Source of the DNA: Heterodontus francisci
Taxonomy: Eukaryota
DNA length: 64,000 nucleotides
Reading direction: 5' to 3'
NCBI RefSeq assembly: GCF_036365525.1
Contig: NC_090416.1
Coordinates: forward strand, 16,836,945-16,900,944
Numbering within the stretch: the stretch's first letter is position 1; each line of letters begins with the position of its first letter. Positions 36,716-50,140 of this stretch are shown in pieces. The position numbers and the translations under genes are program-made. Below the pieces are notes generated by a model that ran no database searches, was not told the DNA's origin, and worked only from the letters and a program-made list of their open reading frames with translations.

Positions 36716-39700
36716 CTCGGAGGGCGGAGTTCCAGACCGGGAAGTATAAAAAACTGACTTCGGGGATTGTCGCACTCGGCTGGGAGGGCGGAGTTAACCT
36801 CAGGGACTCTCGGAGCAGATCGAAATGCGGAGTTAACCTCGGGTATTCTCGGACAGACTCGGAAGGCGGAGATAACCTCGGTAATTCTCGGACAGACTCG
36901 GCGGGCGGAGTTAATCTCGGGGATACTCGGACAGACTCGAAATGCGGAGTGAACCTCGGGTATTCTCGGACAGACTCGGAGGGCGGAGATAACCTCGGTG
37001 ATTCTCGGACAGACTCGGCGGGCGGAGTTAACCTCGGTGATTCTCGGACAGACTCGGAGGGCGGAGATAACCTCGGGTATTCTCGGACAGACTCGGAGGG
37101 CGGAGTTAATCTTGATGGGCCGAATGGCCTGTTTCTGTGCTGTATCTCTAAATAAAAATAAAAATAAAAAAAAAATGATATTTATAGTCGAAATCCAGCA
37201 CTAGGGACCATATATTTAATTATAACAATTTAGTAAGGATTTAATAAGTATTTATTTTATATTAATTAACTAATTAGTGATAGAAATGTCAGTTAAAGGG
37301 GTGAAGTGCTTCACCTGTGAGATGTGGGAAGTCCGTGACACTTCCAGCGTTCCGGGCGACTCCGCCAACAGGAAGTTTACCCAGTTGCAGCTCCTCACAG
37401 ACCGCATGGATCGGTTGGAGCGGCAACTGGATGCACTTGGGAGCATGCAGGTGGCAGAAAGCATCACAGACAGGAATTTTAGAGAAGTGGTTACACCCAA
37501 GGTGCAGGCAGATAGATGGGTGACCGCTAGAAGGGGCAGGCAGTCAGTGTGGCTAACCCCCTCGCCACAACATTTTGGATACTGTTGGGGGGGATGGCCT
37601 GGCAGGGGAAAACAACAGCAGCAGCCAGAGCAGTGGCACCACGGCTATCACTGTTGTTCAGCAGGGAGGGACAAATCGCAAAGACAATAGTTATAGGGGA
37701 CTCCATAGTCAGGGGCACAGATAGGCGCATCTGTGGACGTGAAAGAGACTCCAGGATGGTATGTTGTCTCCCTGGTGCCAGGGTCAAGGATGTCTCTGAA
37801 TGGACAGGGGGCATTCTGAAGGGCGAGGATGCACAGTCAGAGGTTGTGGTACACATCGGTACCAATGACATAGGCAGGAAGAGTGATGAGGTCCTGCAGG
37901 GGGAGTTTAGGGAGTCAGGTAGTAAGTTAAAAAAACAGGATTCTCGGGTTGTAATCTCTAGATTAGTCACTGTGCCACGTGCCAAAGAGGCTAGAAATAG
38001 GAAGATAGTGCAGCTAAACACGTGGCTGAGCAGCTGGTGTAGAAGGGAGGGTTTCAGATATCTGGACCATTGGGCTCTCTTCAGGGACAGATGGGACCTG
38101 TACAAGAAGGACGCGTTGCATCTAAACTGGAGGGGCATTAATATCCTGGCTGCAAAGTTTGCTAGCGTCACTCGGGAGGGTTTAAACTAGTGTGGCAGGG
38201 GGGTGGGAACCAGAGTAGTGGGACAGCTAGAAAAATAAATTAGCAGGACATAGTAAATAAGGCCAGTAAGACTAAGAGGAAGAGCAGGCAGGAAGATGTT
38301 GCTGAGCACAGCGGGACTGGTGGTCTGAAGTGCATTTGTTTCAATGCGAGTAGTATAACAGGTAAGGTCGATGAACTTAGAGCTTAGATTAGTACTTGGA
38401 AATATGATGTTGTTGCTATTACAGAGACTTGGTTGAGGGAAGAGCAGGATTGGCAGCTAAATGTTCCAGGCTTTAGAAGCTTCAGGCGGGATAGAGGGGG
38501 ATGTAAAAGGGATGGGGGAGTTGCATTACTGGTTAAGGAGAATATCACAGCTGTACTGCGGGAGGACACCTCAGAGAGGTCATGCAGCGAGGCAATATGG
38601 GTGGAGCACAGGAATAGGAAGGGTGCAGTCACGATGTTGGGGGTTTACTGCAGACCTCCCAACAGCCAGCGGGAGGTAGAGGACAAGATATGTAGACAGA
38701 TTTTTGGAAAGATGTAAAGGTAACAGGGTTGTGGTGGTGGGTGATTTTAACTTCCCCTATATTGACTGGGACTCACTTAGTGCTCGGGGCTTGGATGGGG
38801 CATAATTTGTGAGGAGCATCCAGGAAGGCTTCTTGAAACAGTATGTAGATAGTCCAACTAGGGATAGGGCCATTCTGGACCTGGTATTGGGGAATGAGCC
38901 AGGCCAGGTGGTCGCAGTTTCAGTGGGGGAGCATTTCGGGAGCAGTGACCATAATTCTATAAGTTTTAAGGTACTTGTGGATAAGGATAAGAGTAGTCCT
39001 CGGGTGAAGGTGCTAAACTGGGGGAAGGCTAATTATAACAATATTAGGCAGGCATTGAAGAATTTACATTGGGGGCGGCTGTTTGAGGGTAAATCAACAT
39101 CTGACATGTGGGAGTCTTTCAAACGTCAGCTGATTAGAATCCAGGACCAGCATGTTCCTGTGAGCAAGAAAGACAAGTTTTGCACGTTTCGGGAAATTTC
39201 GATAACACTGGATATTGTGAGCCTAGTCAAAATGAAAAAGGAAGCATTTGTAAGGACTGGAAGGCTAGGAACAGACGAAGCACTTGAGGAATATAAAGAC
39301 AGTAGGAAGGAACTTAAGCAAGGACTTAGGAGGGCTAAAAGGGGTCATTGGCAAACAGGATGAAGGAGAATCCCAAGGCTTTTCATACATATATAAAGAG
39401 CGAGAGGGTAACCAGGGAAAGGGTTGGCCCACTCAAGGATAGAGATGGGAATCTATGTGTGGAGCCAGAGGAAATGGGCGAGGTGCTAAATGAGTACTTT
39501 GCATCAGTATTCACCAAAGAGAAGGACTTGGTGGATGATGAGCCTAGGGAAGGGAGTGCAGATAGTCTCAGTCATGTCATTATTAAAAAGGAGGAGGTGT
39601 TGGGTGTCTTGCAAAGCATTAAGGTAGATAAGTCCCCAGGGCCTGATGGGAACTACCCTAGGCAACTGAGGGAGGCAAGGGAAGAAATTGCTGGGGCCTT

Positions 39701-41205
39701 GACAGAAATCTTTGCATCATCATTGGCTACAGGTGAGGTCCCAGAGGACTGGAGAATAGCCAATGTTGTTCCTTTGTTTAAGAAGGGTGGCAAGGATAAT
39801 CCAGGAAATTATCGGCCAGTGAGCCTTACGTCAGTGGTAGGGAAACTATTAAAGAGGATTCTTCGGGACAGAATTTAATCCCATTTGGAAACAAACGAAC
39901 TTATTAGCGAGAGACAGCATGGTTTTGTGAAGGGGAGGTTGTGTCTCACTGATTTGATTAAGTTTTTTGAGGAAGTGACGAAGATGATTGATGAAGGAAG
40001 GGCAGTGGATGTTATCTATATGGACTTTATTAAAGCCTTTGACAAGGTCCCGCATGGCAGATTGGTACAAAAGGTAATGTCACATGGGATCAGAGGGGAG
40101 CTGGCAAGATGGATACAGAACTGGCTCTGTCAGAGAAGACAGAGGGTATCAGTGGATGGGTGTTTTTCTGAATGGAGGGATGTGACTAGTGGTGTTCCGC
40201 AGGGATGAGTGCTGGGACCTTTGCTGTTTGTAGTATTATAAATGATTTGGAGGAAAATGTAGCTGGTCTGATTAGTAAGTTGGCGGACGACACAAAGGTT
40301 GGTGGAGTTGCGGATAATGATGAGGATTGTCAGAGGATACAGCTGGATATAGATCGGTTGGAGACTTGGGCGGAGAAATGGCAGATGGAGTTTAATCTGG
40401 ACAAATGTGAGGTAATGCATTTTGAAAGGACTAATGCAGGTGGGAGGTATACAGTAAATGGCAGAACCCTTAGGAGTATTGACAGACAGGGAAATCTGGG
40501 CGTATAGGTCCACAGGTCACTGAAAGTGGCAACGCAGGTGGATAAGGTAGTCAAGAAGGCATACGGCATGCTTGCCATCATTGGTCGGGGCATAGAGTAT
40601 AAAAATGGCAAGTCATGTTGCAGCTGTACAGAACCTTAGTTAGGCCACACTTAGAATATTGCGTGCAATCCTGGTCGCCACACTACCAGAAGGACGTGGA
40701 GGCTTTGGAGAGGGTACAAAGGAGGTTTACGGATGCTGCCTGGTCTGGAGGGCATTAACTATGAGGAGAGGTTGGAAAAAGTCGGATTGTTTTCACTGGG
40801 ACGACGGAGGTGGAGGGGCGACATGATAGAGGTTTACAGAGTTATGAGCGGCATGGACAGAGTGGATAGTCAGAAGCTTTTTCCCAGGGTGGAAGAGTCA
40901 GTTACTAGGGCACATAGGTTTAAGGTGCGAGGGGCAAAGTTTAGAGGGGATGTGCGAGGCAAGTTTTTGACACAGAGGGTGGTGAGTGCCTGGAACTTGC
41001 TGCCAGGGGAGGTGGTGGAAGCAGATACGATAGCGACGTTTAAGAGACATCTTGACAAATACATGAATAGGAAGGGAATAGAGGGATATGGGCCCCGGAA
41101 GTGCAGAAGGTGTTAGTTTAGGCAGGCATCAAGATCGGCGCAGGCTTGGAGGGCCGAATGGCCTGTTCCTGTGCTGTACTGTTCTTTGTTCTTGTTCTTT
41201 GTTCT
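36716..41205 (+). mobile_element. Full-length decayed CR1-clade LINE, copy 3
   Basis: Orthologous position; more 39-bp repeats and different disablements. Confidence 0.93.
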
Positions 41206-44200
41206 CTCTGTCNNNNNNNNNNNNNNNNNNNNNNNNNNNNNNNNNNNNNNNNNNNNNNNNNNNNNNNNNNNNNNNNNNNNNNNNNNNNNNNNNNNNNNNN
41301 NNNNNNNNNNNNNNNNNNNNNNNNNNNNNNNNNNNNNNNNNNNNNCTCGCTCTATCTATTTGTCTGTCTGTTCATCTCTATTTATCTGTCTGTCCATCTC
41401 TGTCTGTCTGTCTATCCCTCAGTACTGACCCTTTGACAGTGTGGCACTCCCTCAGTACTGACCCTTTGGGAACTGAATATTCCAGGGTATTTGACAGTTT
41501 GGAATGACAGGAAGCAAGGAAAAGGAGGTGGTGAATCTCAGTTAATAAAGGATGAGTTCAGTACAGTCGTGAGAAATGATCTTGGCTCAGAAAATCAAGA
41601 TGTGGAATCAGTTTGGGTGGAGATATGAAATAGCAAAAATTCATACAGTGCAAGACAGAGTATAAATCAAGAAATAATGGGGGCTTGTAAGGAAAATACT
41701 GCAGTAATCCTGGGTGATTTTAATCTTCATATAAATTGGAGTAATCAAACTGGTAAAGTTAGATAGAGGATGAGTTCATGGAGTGTACTCAGGACAGTTT
41801 CTTAGAACAATACATTCTGGAACCAATCCGGGAGCAGGCTATTTTAGACCTGGTAATGTGTAAGGAGACGGAATTAATTAATGACCTCTTAGTAAAGGAA
41901 GAATAGAAAAGCAGAATATTATTTACATGGAGAGAGACTGCAGAATGCTGCAGTACAGAGGGATCTGGGTGTCCTTGTACATGAATCACAAAATGTTAAC
42001 ATGCAGGTTCAGCAAGTAATTAGGAAGGCAAATGGAATGTTGGTATTTATTGCAATGGGAATGGAGTATAAAAGTAGGGACATCTTGCTACAACTGTCCC
42101 GGGCATTGATGAGACGCACCTAGAATACTGCATACAGTTTTGGTCTCCTTATTTAAGGAGGGATATACTTGCATTGGAAGCAGTTCAGAGAAGGTTCACT
42201 TGGATGATTCCTGGGATGAAGGGATTGTCGAATGAGGAAAGGTTGAGCAGGTTGGGCCTGTACTCATTGGAGTTTAGAAGAATGAGAGGTGATCTTATTG
42301 AAAAATATAAAGTCCTGAAGGGGCTTAATTGGGTAGATACTGAGAGGATGTTTCCCCTCGTGGGGGAATCTAGAACTAGGGGGAATAGTTACAGAATACG
42401 GGGTCTCCCATTTAAGACGGAGATGAGGAGGAATTTCTTCTCTGAGGGTCATTAATCTTTGGAATTCTCTTCCCCAGGGAGCAGTGGAGGCTGGGTCATT
42501 GAATATATTCAAGGCTGAGTTGGAGAGTTTTTTGATCTACAAGGGAGTTGAGGGTTATGTTGGGGGGCAGACAGGAAAGTGGAGATAAGGTCACAATCAG
42601 ATCATCCATGATCTTATCGAATGGCGGAACAGGCTCGAGGGGCCGAATGGCCTTCTCCTGTTCTTATTTCTTATGCTTTTATGTTGAAGATATCGTACCT
42701 GCTGTATTCAATAGCTGTCCAGGTCTTTAAAGCCCAAAGTGGCCGTAACTGTTCCTATCTGTGCAGAGAGCCCTTGGCAGTAATATAATATAATGAAAAT
42801 GGCCTGGCTGAAACTCCCCGGGTCTGGATATCTCAGTACAGATCGGGGAAGGGGTGGTGGGAGTGCTGGAATCTGGGCCTTCCCAGCAAGTGTCCTGTAA
42901 GGGAACTGAATGACCTCAACGAAGGAACGAGTTCACAGAGGGAGATGAGGCTGATGTGATTGCAATGTGTGCGAACAAGAGGAGGCCATTCAGCCCTTCG
43001 AGACTGCTGTACCATTCCATTAGATCATAGCTGGTCTGTACCTTAACCCCATATACCCTGCCTTAGCTCCATAGTCCTTGCTGCCCTTACCCAATAAATA
43101 TCTATCAACCACAATCTTTATAACTCCAATTTTTAATGAAGTGCATTTCTATAGCGTCTTTCACAACCTCAGGATGTTCCCAAAGTGCTTCGCAGCCAAT
43201 GAAATACCTTGAAAAGCAATATTGGGAAATGAAGAATGGGATGTAGAGCAGGAGGAGTTCAGTTCAGTTCTCCTGAGGGGCCCAGTCCAGATAATGGGTT
43301 GTTTTGTTGTAAATGTGTGACGTGTCCAAGAATGTAACCGTTTAACGGTGTTTCTCGGATTTCCGTCCTGTTTCTGTGTGTGTTTCAGAGCAGGGGAACT
43401 GGGCCCAGATGCTGCTGCTCTCTGCTGCTTATCAGACAGTGAACAGGGATGTTTCGGTTCCTCCCCGAGGCTCCTCTCCCACCCCCTGCAGCGAGTGACC
43501 ACACCACCTGCACCACATCACAAACAAGACAAAAACAGCATCGATTTGGGTATCAGGATCTAAAATAAGACTTTCAGAACACTGCCCAGGTCCCCTGTGG
43601 TTGATGACGAGGGCCTGATCTGAGCTGCATTCAGTGCCATTCTCAGACCCAGTCTGGAACCTGGCTGTTCGGCCATGTGAATCATCAACATTGTGGATTT
43701 AACTGGACTGATAAACGTTTGATGGCCTTGAAGATACTCCTTAAAACATACCTCTTTGACCGAGCTTTTGGTCACCTGCTCTAATATCTCCGAATGTGGC
43801 TCAGCATTAAACTTTGTTTGCTGACGCCCCTTGCGACGTTTTATTACATTAAAGGCGCCATATAAATGCAGATTGGTGGTTGTTTGCAGATGACAATTCG
43901 TTGAAGACCTTAATAACTAACCGACTGCAGGCCATGAAGTACATCAACTAAAGCCACAATTAAAACTCAAGGCTTCTGATGTAAGTACAATACTGAAGGA
44001 ATACCGCACTGCCGGAGGGGCTATCTGTCACTCGGAATCTGCCCTCTGTTAAAGATACTGCAACCCCTATTTAGAAAAAGAGTTGGAGAGTTCTCCCCCA
44101 CCCCCGTGTCTTGGCTGATATTTATCCTTCAATCAATATCACAAAAAAAAGATCACCTGGGTCATTATCTCATTGTTATGTGTGTGGGATCATGCTGTGC

Positions 44201-46348
44201 GCAAATTGGCTGCTGTGTTTCCTACATTACAACAGTTGACTAGACTTCAAAAAAAAATACTTGGTTGGCTGTAAAGCGCTGTGGGACATTCTGAAGCTGT
44301 GAAAGGAGGCTCACTGTCACCTTCTCAGGGGGACAACTAGTGATGGACAATAAATGGCTTCTCTTACCAGAGATGCCCACATCTCGAGAATGAAGAAGTG
44401 CAGGTTCTGTCTCTCTGGACGCTGTGATGTCCCCTTGTAAAACATATTGAAACCAAATAGTTCTAAAAACTTCTGCATAAATACAGCATCCTCAGACTCG
44501 AGATGAGGATTAAACCTGCATTTAATACCTCTTTAAGTGCGTGGCCCCTTTAAGGTGTACTGAGGGACTGGGCTTTTCCAGCACTCTCTGTCCATTTACT
44601 CTTTGAGGTCATGCAACCGATACTCTCTCCACAGCCGGGGGCTCAGTTAACAGCCCTTCCCTCTTATGGCTCCTAGTTCTGCTCTCGCCCGCAAGTGGAA
44701 ACGTCTAGCCTTATCGAGTCCTTTCATAATCTTAAAGGCCTCCATCAGGTCCTCCCCCACCCCCCCCCCCCCCCCCTCTCAGTCTTCTTCTCTTTTCAAC
44801 CTATCCTGGTAGCCTATCTCAGTACTGGTACCATCCCAGCACATCTTTTCTTGCACCTTCTCCAGTGTCATTTTATAACATGGAGACGGGAACAGTGCAC
44901 AGTAATTCCAAGTGTGGTCTAACTGAGGTTCCCTACAAGTTTGACTTAATGTATCTGCTTCTCAATTCTATCCCTCAAGAAATTAACCCCGGTGTTTGGA
45001 TTGCTTTTTATATGGCCTTATTCAGCAGCATTGCTGCAGTTACTCTATAACCCTCGATCCACAACCCAATTTAGACTCTTTCTTCCCCACCTCTCCCTCC
45101 CTCCAGGACTAGGTGACCTCATTCATCCTCCCAAAAAGTAGCACCTCACACTTATCCATACTGACCTTCATTTGCCAATTACACACCCATTCTGCATGTC
45201 ACTTCATGTCCTGTCATTTGTGATGGACCTAATATTAACTGCAGCCTCCCCCAATTTGGAGTCATCAGCAAACTCTCAAATTGTACCTGGTGCTAGTCTG
45301 TCCCGTGCCATCCCATCTCTCGGACCGGGATAGTGAGCAGTTCTCCCTGGGAGGGACAGTATTTTATTCCAAACAGAGGCTTTTCCTGTAAATCACATAC
45401 AATGATGGTCTAGTATGGGAGAAACTACACTTTAGGATGGGAGGGTTGTTGAGAGTGTGCAGAGGAGGTTTACCGGAATGGTTCCAGGGATGGGGGAATT
45501 CTAGTTATAAGGTCAGCCTGGAGAAGCTGGGATTGTTTTCCTTGGAGCGAAGGAGATTGCAGGGAGATTTAATAGAGGTGGACAAGATTATGACAGATCT
45601 GGATAGAGTAGACAAGGAAAAACAGTTCCCATTAACTGATGGTACAAGGGCTAGGGGACACAGATTGAACGTTTTGGGCAAGGGATACAAGGGGGTGGGG
45701 GGATGTGAGGAAGAATTTATTTATTATTAAATGCAGTGAGTGACAATGACCTGGAACTCACTGCCTACCAGAGTGGTGGAAGCAGGGGAATTGGGGGGTG
45801 GGGAGGGGTGGGGGGGGGGGGGGGTGGGGGGTGATGTGAGGAAGAATCTATTTATTTTTAAATGCAGTGAGTGACAATGACCTGGAACTCACTGCCTACA
45901 AGAGTGGTGGAAGCGGGAGACAATGATTTCAGTAAGAAACTGGGGTCGGGGTGGGGGACACTTGAAGGAAATAAATTCGCAGGGGCCCTCTTTCAAACAG
46001 CTTCAACAATGTTTAGCATGTCATTTGAGATCTGCATTGCCCTTTGTCATGCATTAGATCCCCAGCAGTGTCACTTATTCCTGAAAGCTTGAACCTCTGA
46101 CTCTGCTGCACTCCCCACAGGCACACGAATATGGATTCTTCAATGTGCGAAACGTTTTGTCAACTGTGAGCGAATGAGTGGCCGCAACTCCTGGTTTTAA
46201 CAGATTGGAAACACCCAGACCATTTTTTTTTTCAGGCTTTACCTCTGTTACAGGAGCAGACTGTTGACACTGGGACTGTTCTCCGTTGGAGCAGATAAAG
46301 TTAGTCGAGGTTCACAAAATAACGAAAGGGGTTTTGACGGAGTAAATA

Positions 46349-46612
46349 AGTTCTCCCTGTGTCTGCGTGGGTTTCCTCCGGGTGCTCTGGTTTCCTCCCA
46401 CATGCCAAAGACTTGCAGGTTGATAGGTTAATTGGCCATTATAAATTGCCCCTAGTATAGGTAGGTGGTAGGGAAATATATAGGGACAGGCGGGGATGTG
46501 ATGGGAATATGGGATTAGTGTAGGATTAGTATAAATGGGTGGTTGATGGTCGGCACAGACTCGGTGGGCCGAAGGGCCTGTTTCAGTGCTGTATCTCTAA
46601 ACTAAACTAAAT
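46349..46612 (+). mobile_element. 5'-truncated HE1-like SINE inserted in a LINE fragment
   Basis: Near identical to the 3' part of 16289-16642; (TAAAC)n tail. Confidence 0.85.
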
Positions 46613-47871
46613 AAGGAGAAACTGTTTCCAGTGGCAGGAGGGTCGGTAACCAGAGGGACACAGATTGAAGATAATTGGCAAAAGAAGCAGAGGGGGGGAG
46701 ATGAGGAGAATTTTTTTAACACAGTGAGTTGTTGTGATCTGGAACGAGCTGCCTGAAAGGGCGGTGGAAGCAGATTCAATAGTAACTTTCAAAAGGGGAG
46801 TTGGATAAATACTGGAAGGGGAAAAATGTGCAGGGATATGGGGGAAAGAGCAAGGGGGAGTGTGGGGGGGGGGGGGGGGGGTGGGGGGTAATTGGATAGC
46901 TCTTTCAAACAGCCGGCACAGGCGCGATGGGATGAATGGCCTTTTTCCTTGCTGTGTAATTGGATAGTTTATTTCGTCACAATAAATGTAATACTTTCCC
47001 TGAAAACTCATATTTCCAACCGGCATGTTGCAAGTCCAAGCGAGCAGATTAATTGAATAAGGATGCTGCTTAACTGTCCTCTAAAGACTCCTAGCCACTC
47101 TGTTTAGGGATGGGCGATAAAAAAAAATCTAATTCTTATCAGCAATTCACACATCCCAGCAATGCATTTATTTAAAAAAAAAAGAGAGTTTAACCAACGG
47201 TTAAATTACCAGGAGAAATCACACAAACTAGGGCTGTATTCCCTGGAATTTAGAAGGTTAAGGGGGTTATTTGATCGAAATGTTCAAGGTATTAAAGGGG
47301 GAACAGATAGGATAAGAGAGAGAGAAACGATTTCAGCTGTTGGGGGGAGGGGGGGGTGGGGGGGTCTCGGACTGGTGCCAGTCCTGAAGAGGGAACTTGC
47401 ATTGCCTGTACCGAGTGCCTGGGAGCCCCTCATCTGCTCTTGGGCGCGGTTTTACTTTGAACCCGAGTGCTACCGATCCTGTTGGCCGGTGTCCTGGGTC
47501 TTTTGTCAATCGGGCTCGGCAGTCGGGGGAGCAAGGGTACCGCTAGAGCAAATGGACACCCTCGCACCCAGCGGATTAAAATACACCCCCCAGGTGCCTA
47601 AAGGCAGTGTCTCACAATGTTGTTGCACAGGGACGTTGGTTTGGGTAATTCCCTGCAGCCACGTTGGGGATGGGACATTAGTGAACCAGGTGGGTGTCCA
47701 AAGAGGAATGTAGGATCCAGTTTCCAGATCTGGGATCAGACTGAATTCAGTTGTCAAAATGCCACGTGTGGGGGTTTGGGAATCAGTCTCTGAATGACCA
47801 TTGCATTGCAGTCAGTCAACCCCAGACTAAAACCTCACTTCTGTGGATAACAATTTGGACAAGGTGACTAT

Positions 47872-48219
47872 CTAACACTTAGTGGTGACACTCAGAGCGG
47901 TCCCCGGGCCCCAGATGGCACAGTAATAGACGGCGGAGCCCCCCAGCTCCACGTTCGTCACGGTTAACGTGTAGCTGTTCTCCGAGGTGTCTCTCGAAGG
48001 TGCGAATCGGTCGGTGATGCCGGCCCCCCGCTTGATGGTGTTGTCAATGCTGTGGTAAATGACAAACGTCGGAGCTTCACCGAGCGCCTGGCGGTACCAC
48101 CGGATAAGGTAGGTACCCACGGTGCCGCTCAACACGGTGCACATCAACTGCGCCGTGTCCCCCTTGTGGAACGGATAGAGGGATTGGGGACTGGATCAGG
48201 ACGGGATTCTCCTCCGCAC
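47872..48219 (-). pseudogene. Divergent germline-joined IgL VJ exon (sigma-cart-related), apparently disabled
   Basis: Acceptor ttcttgtag|GT; AEENPVLIQSPIPLSVPQG / [1-bp frameshift in G5 at 48159-48163] / DTAQLMC...WYRQ...DRFAPSRDTS...GSAVYYCAIWGPGTALSVTTKC*. No RSS; CTAAGT (47877-47882) where the J donor GTAAGT is expected; no leader or C exon found. Confidence 0.85.
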
Positions 48220-49561
48220 CTACAAGAAGAGAAGGAACAGGTTAAGGGATTGGGGAGAACAAAGACCTGTGTACGCCAGAGGGGCGATCTGAGGCGTGAA
48301 CCAGCGTAAACGATGGCGGAAACTCCAGCGTATAATGATTCTTGGGGAAGGTAACTCACACATTTAAATCCTCCCCTCAAACACCCGCTCCCAATTGCGC
48401 TGGAACCTGGGCGCAAACACCCCCAGGAACTTGTAATCCATGTAGCAACACTTAATCTAACGCCCAGGTTGCACATCAGTGACAGAGAGGAAACTCTTTC
48501 AGAGAGCTAGTGCAGACACGATGGGCTGAACGGACTCGTTCTGCACTCAAACAATTCTGTGACAGGGCAGGAGAAGGAACTCCGCCTGACCTTCACCACA
48601 GTTAATGGGTTTAACGGGACTTTATACAGAAAAGCCCTTCTGTCCCTCCCCATATGGCCAATTGACTCGGGGTTCTACTCCTGATTCGACCCGGGATCAG
48701 CCCTGGTTTAAACCGTGCCCTGCTGAGGACTGAAACAAGAGGGGGTTGATCACCAGTCTTCCTACTGCTTAATCCACTGACCTTTTAAAATCAATCAATC
48801 TGCACCGTGTTTGATTCACGTTCGTTCAATAACGTGAATGTAACAAATATTTAAAAGGGAAGAACTTTCAGGGCTAGAGGGGAGAGGGCGTGGGCGGGGG
48901 GCTAGTGCAAACTAATTGGATAACTCTTTCAAACAGCTCGATGGGCTGAATGGCCCCCTGCTGCTATATTTAGAGTTGCTTAATAATCAATTTGATTCAT
49001 GTTAAAATCACACGTCATGTGTAAATCTTTTAAAAGTCGCCACACATTCCTTTTATAGCAGGACTTTAATCGGTCCTGTGCTGTGTTTGATGCAAATTCC
49101 GTGACATGTCGACAAATTCATGTGTGTGGTTTCAATCTTTGGCCTCCTTATCTCGAGAGACAATGGATACGCGCCTGGAGGTGGTCAGTGGTTTGTGGAG
49201 CAGCGCCTGGAGTGGCTATAAAGGCCAATTCTAGAGTGACAGGCTCTTCCACAGGTGCTGCAGAGACAGGTGGACAGGTGGATTTAGTGGAACTGCCAAG
49301 TTGCCTGAGTAAAAGTGCTGCGCTATCACTGACCCCCTGGGGGCAGCAGTGAGACAGACTCAGTCGCAGCAGCAGCTGAGAGCAGGTGAAGAAGATCCAA
49401 CACAGCGATGCAGCGCAAGATGAGGCCATTCGGCCCATTGTGCCTGTGCTGGCTCTTTGAAAGAGCGGTACAATTAGTACCCACTGCCCCTCCACCACCC
49501 CCACCCCCCGCTCTTTCCCCTGCACATTTTTACCCTTTTAAAAGTTACTGTTGAATCTGCT

Positions 49562-50140
49562 TAGAGTCATTGAGTCGTCAGACAGCACAGAAACAGGCCC
49601 TTCGGCCCATCGTGTCCGTGCTGACCATCAAGCACCTAACTATTCTAATCCCATTTCCCAGCACTCGGCCCGTAGCCTTGTATGCTATGGCGTTTCAAGT
49701 GCTCATCTAAATACTTCTTAAATGTTGTGAGGGTTCCTGCCTCTACCACCTCTTCAGGCAGTGCGTTCCAGATTCCAACCACTCTCTGGGTGAAATAATC
49801 TTTCCTCAAATCCCCTCTAAACCTCCTGCCCCTTACCTTAAATCTATGCCCGCTGGTTATTGACCCCTCCGCTAAGGGAAAATGTTTCTTCCTATCTACC
49901 CTATCAATGCCCCTCATAATTCTGTATACCTCAATCATGTCCCCCCTCAGCCTTCTCTGCTCTAAGGAAAACAACCCTCGCCTATCCAGTCTCTCTTCAT
50001 AGCTGAAATGCTCCAGTCCAGGCAACATCCTGGTGAATCTCCTCTGCACCATCTCCAGTGCAATCACATCCTTCCTATAGTGTGGTGCCCAGAACTGAAC
50101 ACAGTATTCCAGCTGTGGTCTAACTAGCGTTTTATACAGC
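49562..50140 (-). mobile_element. CR1-clade LINE 3' fragment
   Basis: LYKTLVRPQLEYCVQFWAP...RGDMIEVY...FTQRVV..WN.LP. Confidence 0.88.

Larger units (their letters stand above)
1..45988. repeat. Segmental tandem duplication, ~16.0-16.8 kb period
   Basis: Homologous positions 255/17019/33020, C exons 12551/28890, and 11511/27850/45437; similarity ends at ~45988. Confidence 0.95.

Noticed and set aside
35657-37155. ORFs spanning N runs (also near 2098-2866, 6958-7612, 41088-41507)
   Set aside because: Artefacts of assembly gaps.
46121-46165. 45-nt AG/GT-bounded + strand exon candidate (AHEYGFFNVRNVLST)
   Set aside because: No recognisable homology or partner exons; cannot be supported without RNA data.
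47162-47757. ORFs downstream of the joined VJ as a possible C exon
   Set aside because: No C1-set Cys/Trp pattern; partly LINE-derived.
47796-47834. ACTAAAACC nonamer-like motif just past the joined VJ
   Set aside because: No CAC-starting heptamer at 12- or 23-bp spacing.
48360-48441. ATG with downstream GTGAGT donor as a leader for the joined VJ
   Set aside because: In-frame TAA before the donor and the peptide is not hydrophobic.
49333-49430. Hydrophobic stretch (LCWIFFTCSQLLLRLSL) as an alternative leader
   Set aside because: The ATG lies in a LINE tail and the donor phase (0) does not match the phase-1 V acceptor.
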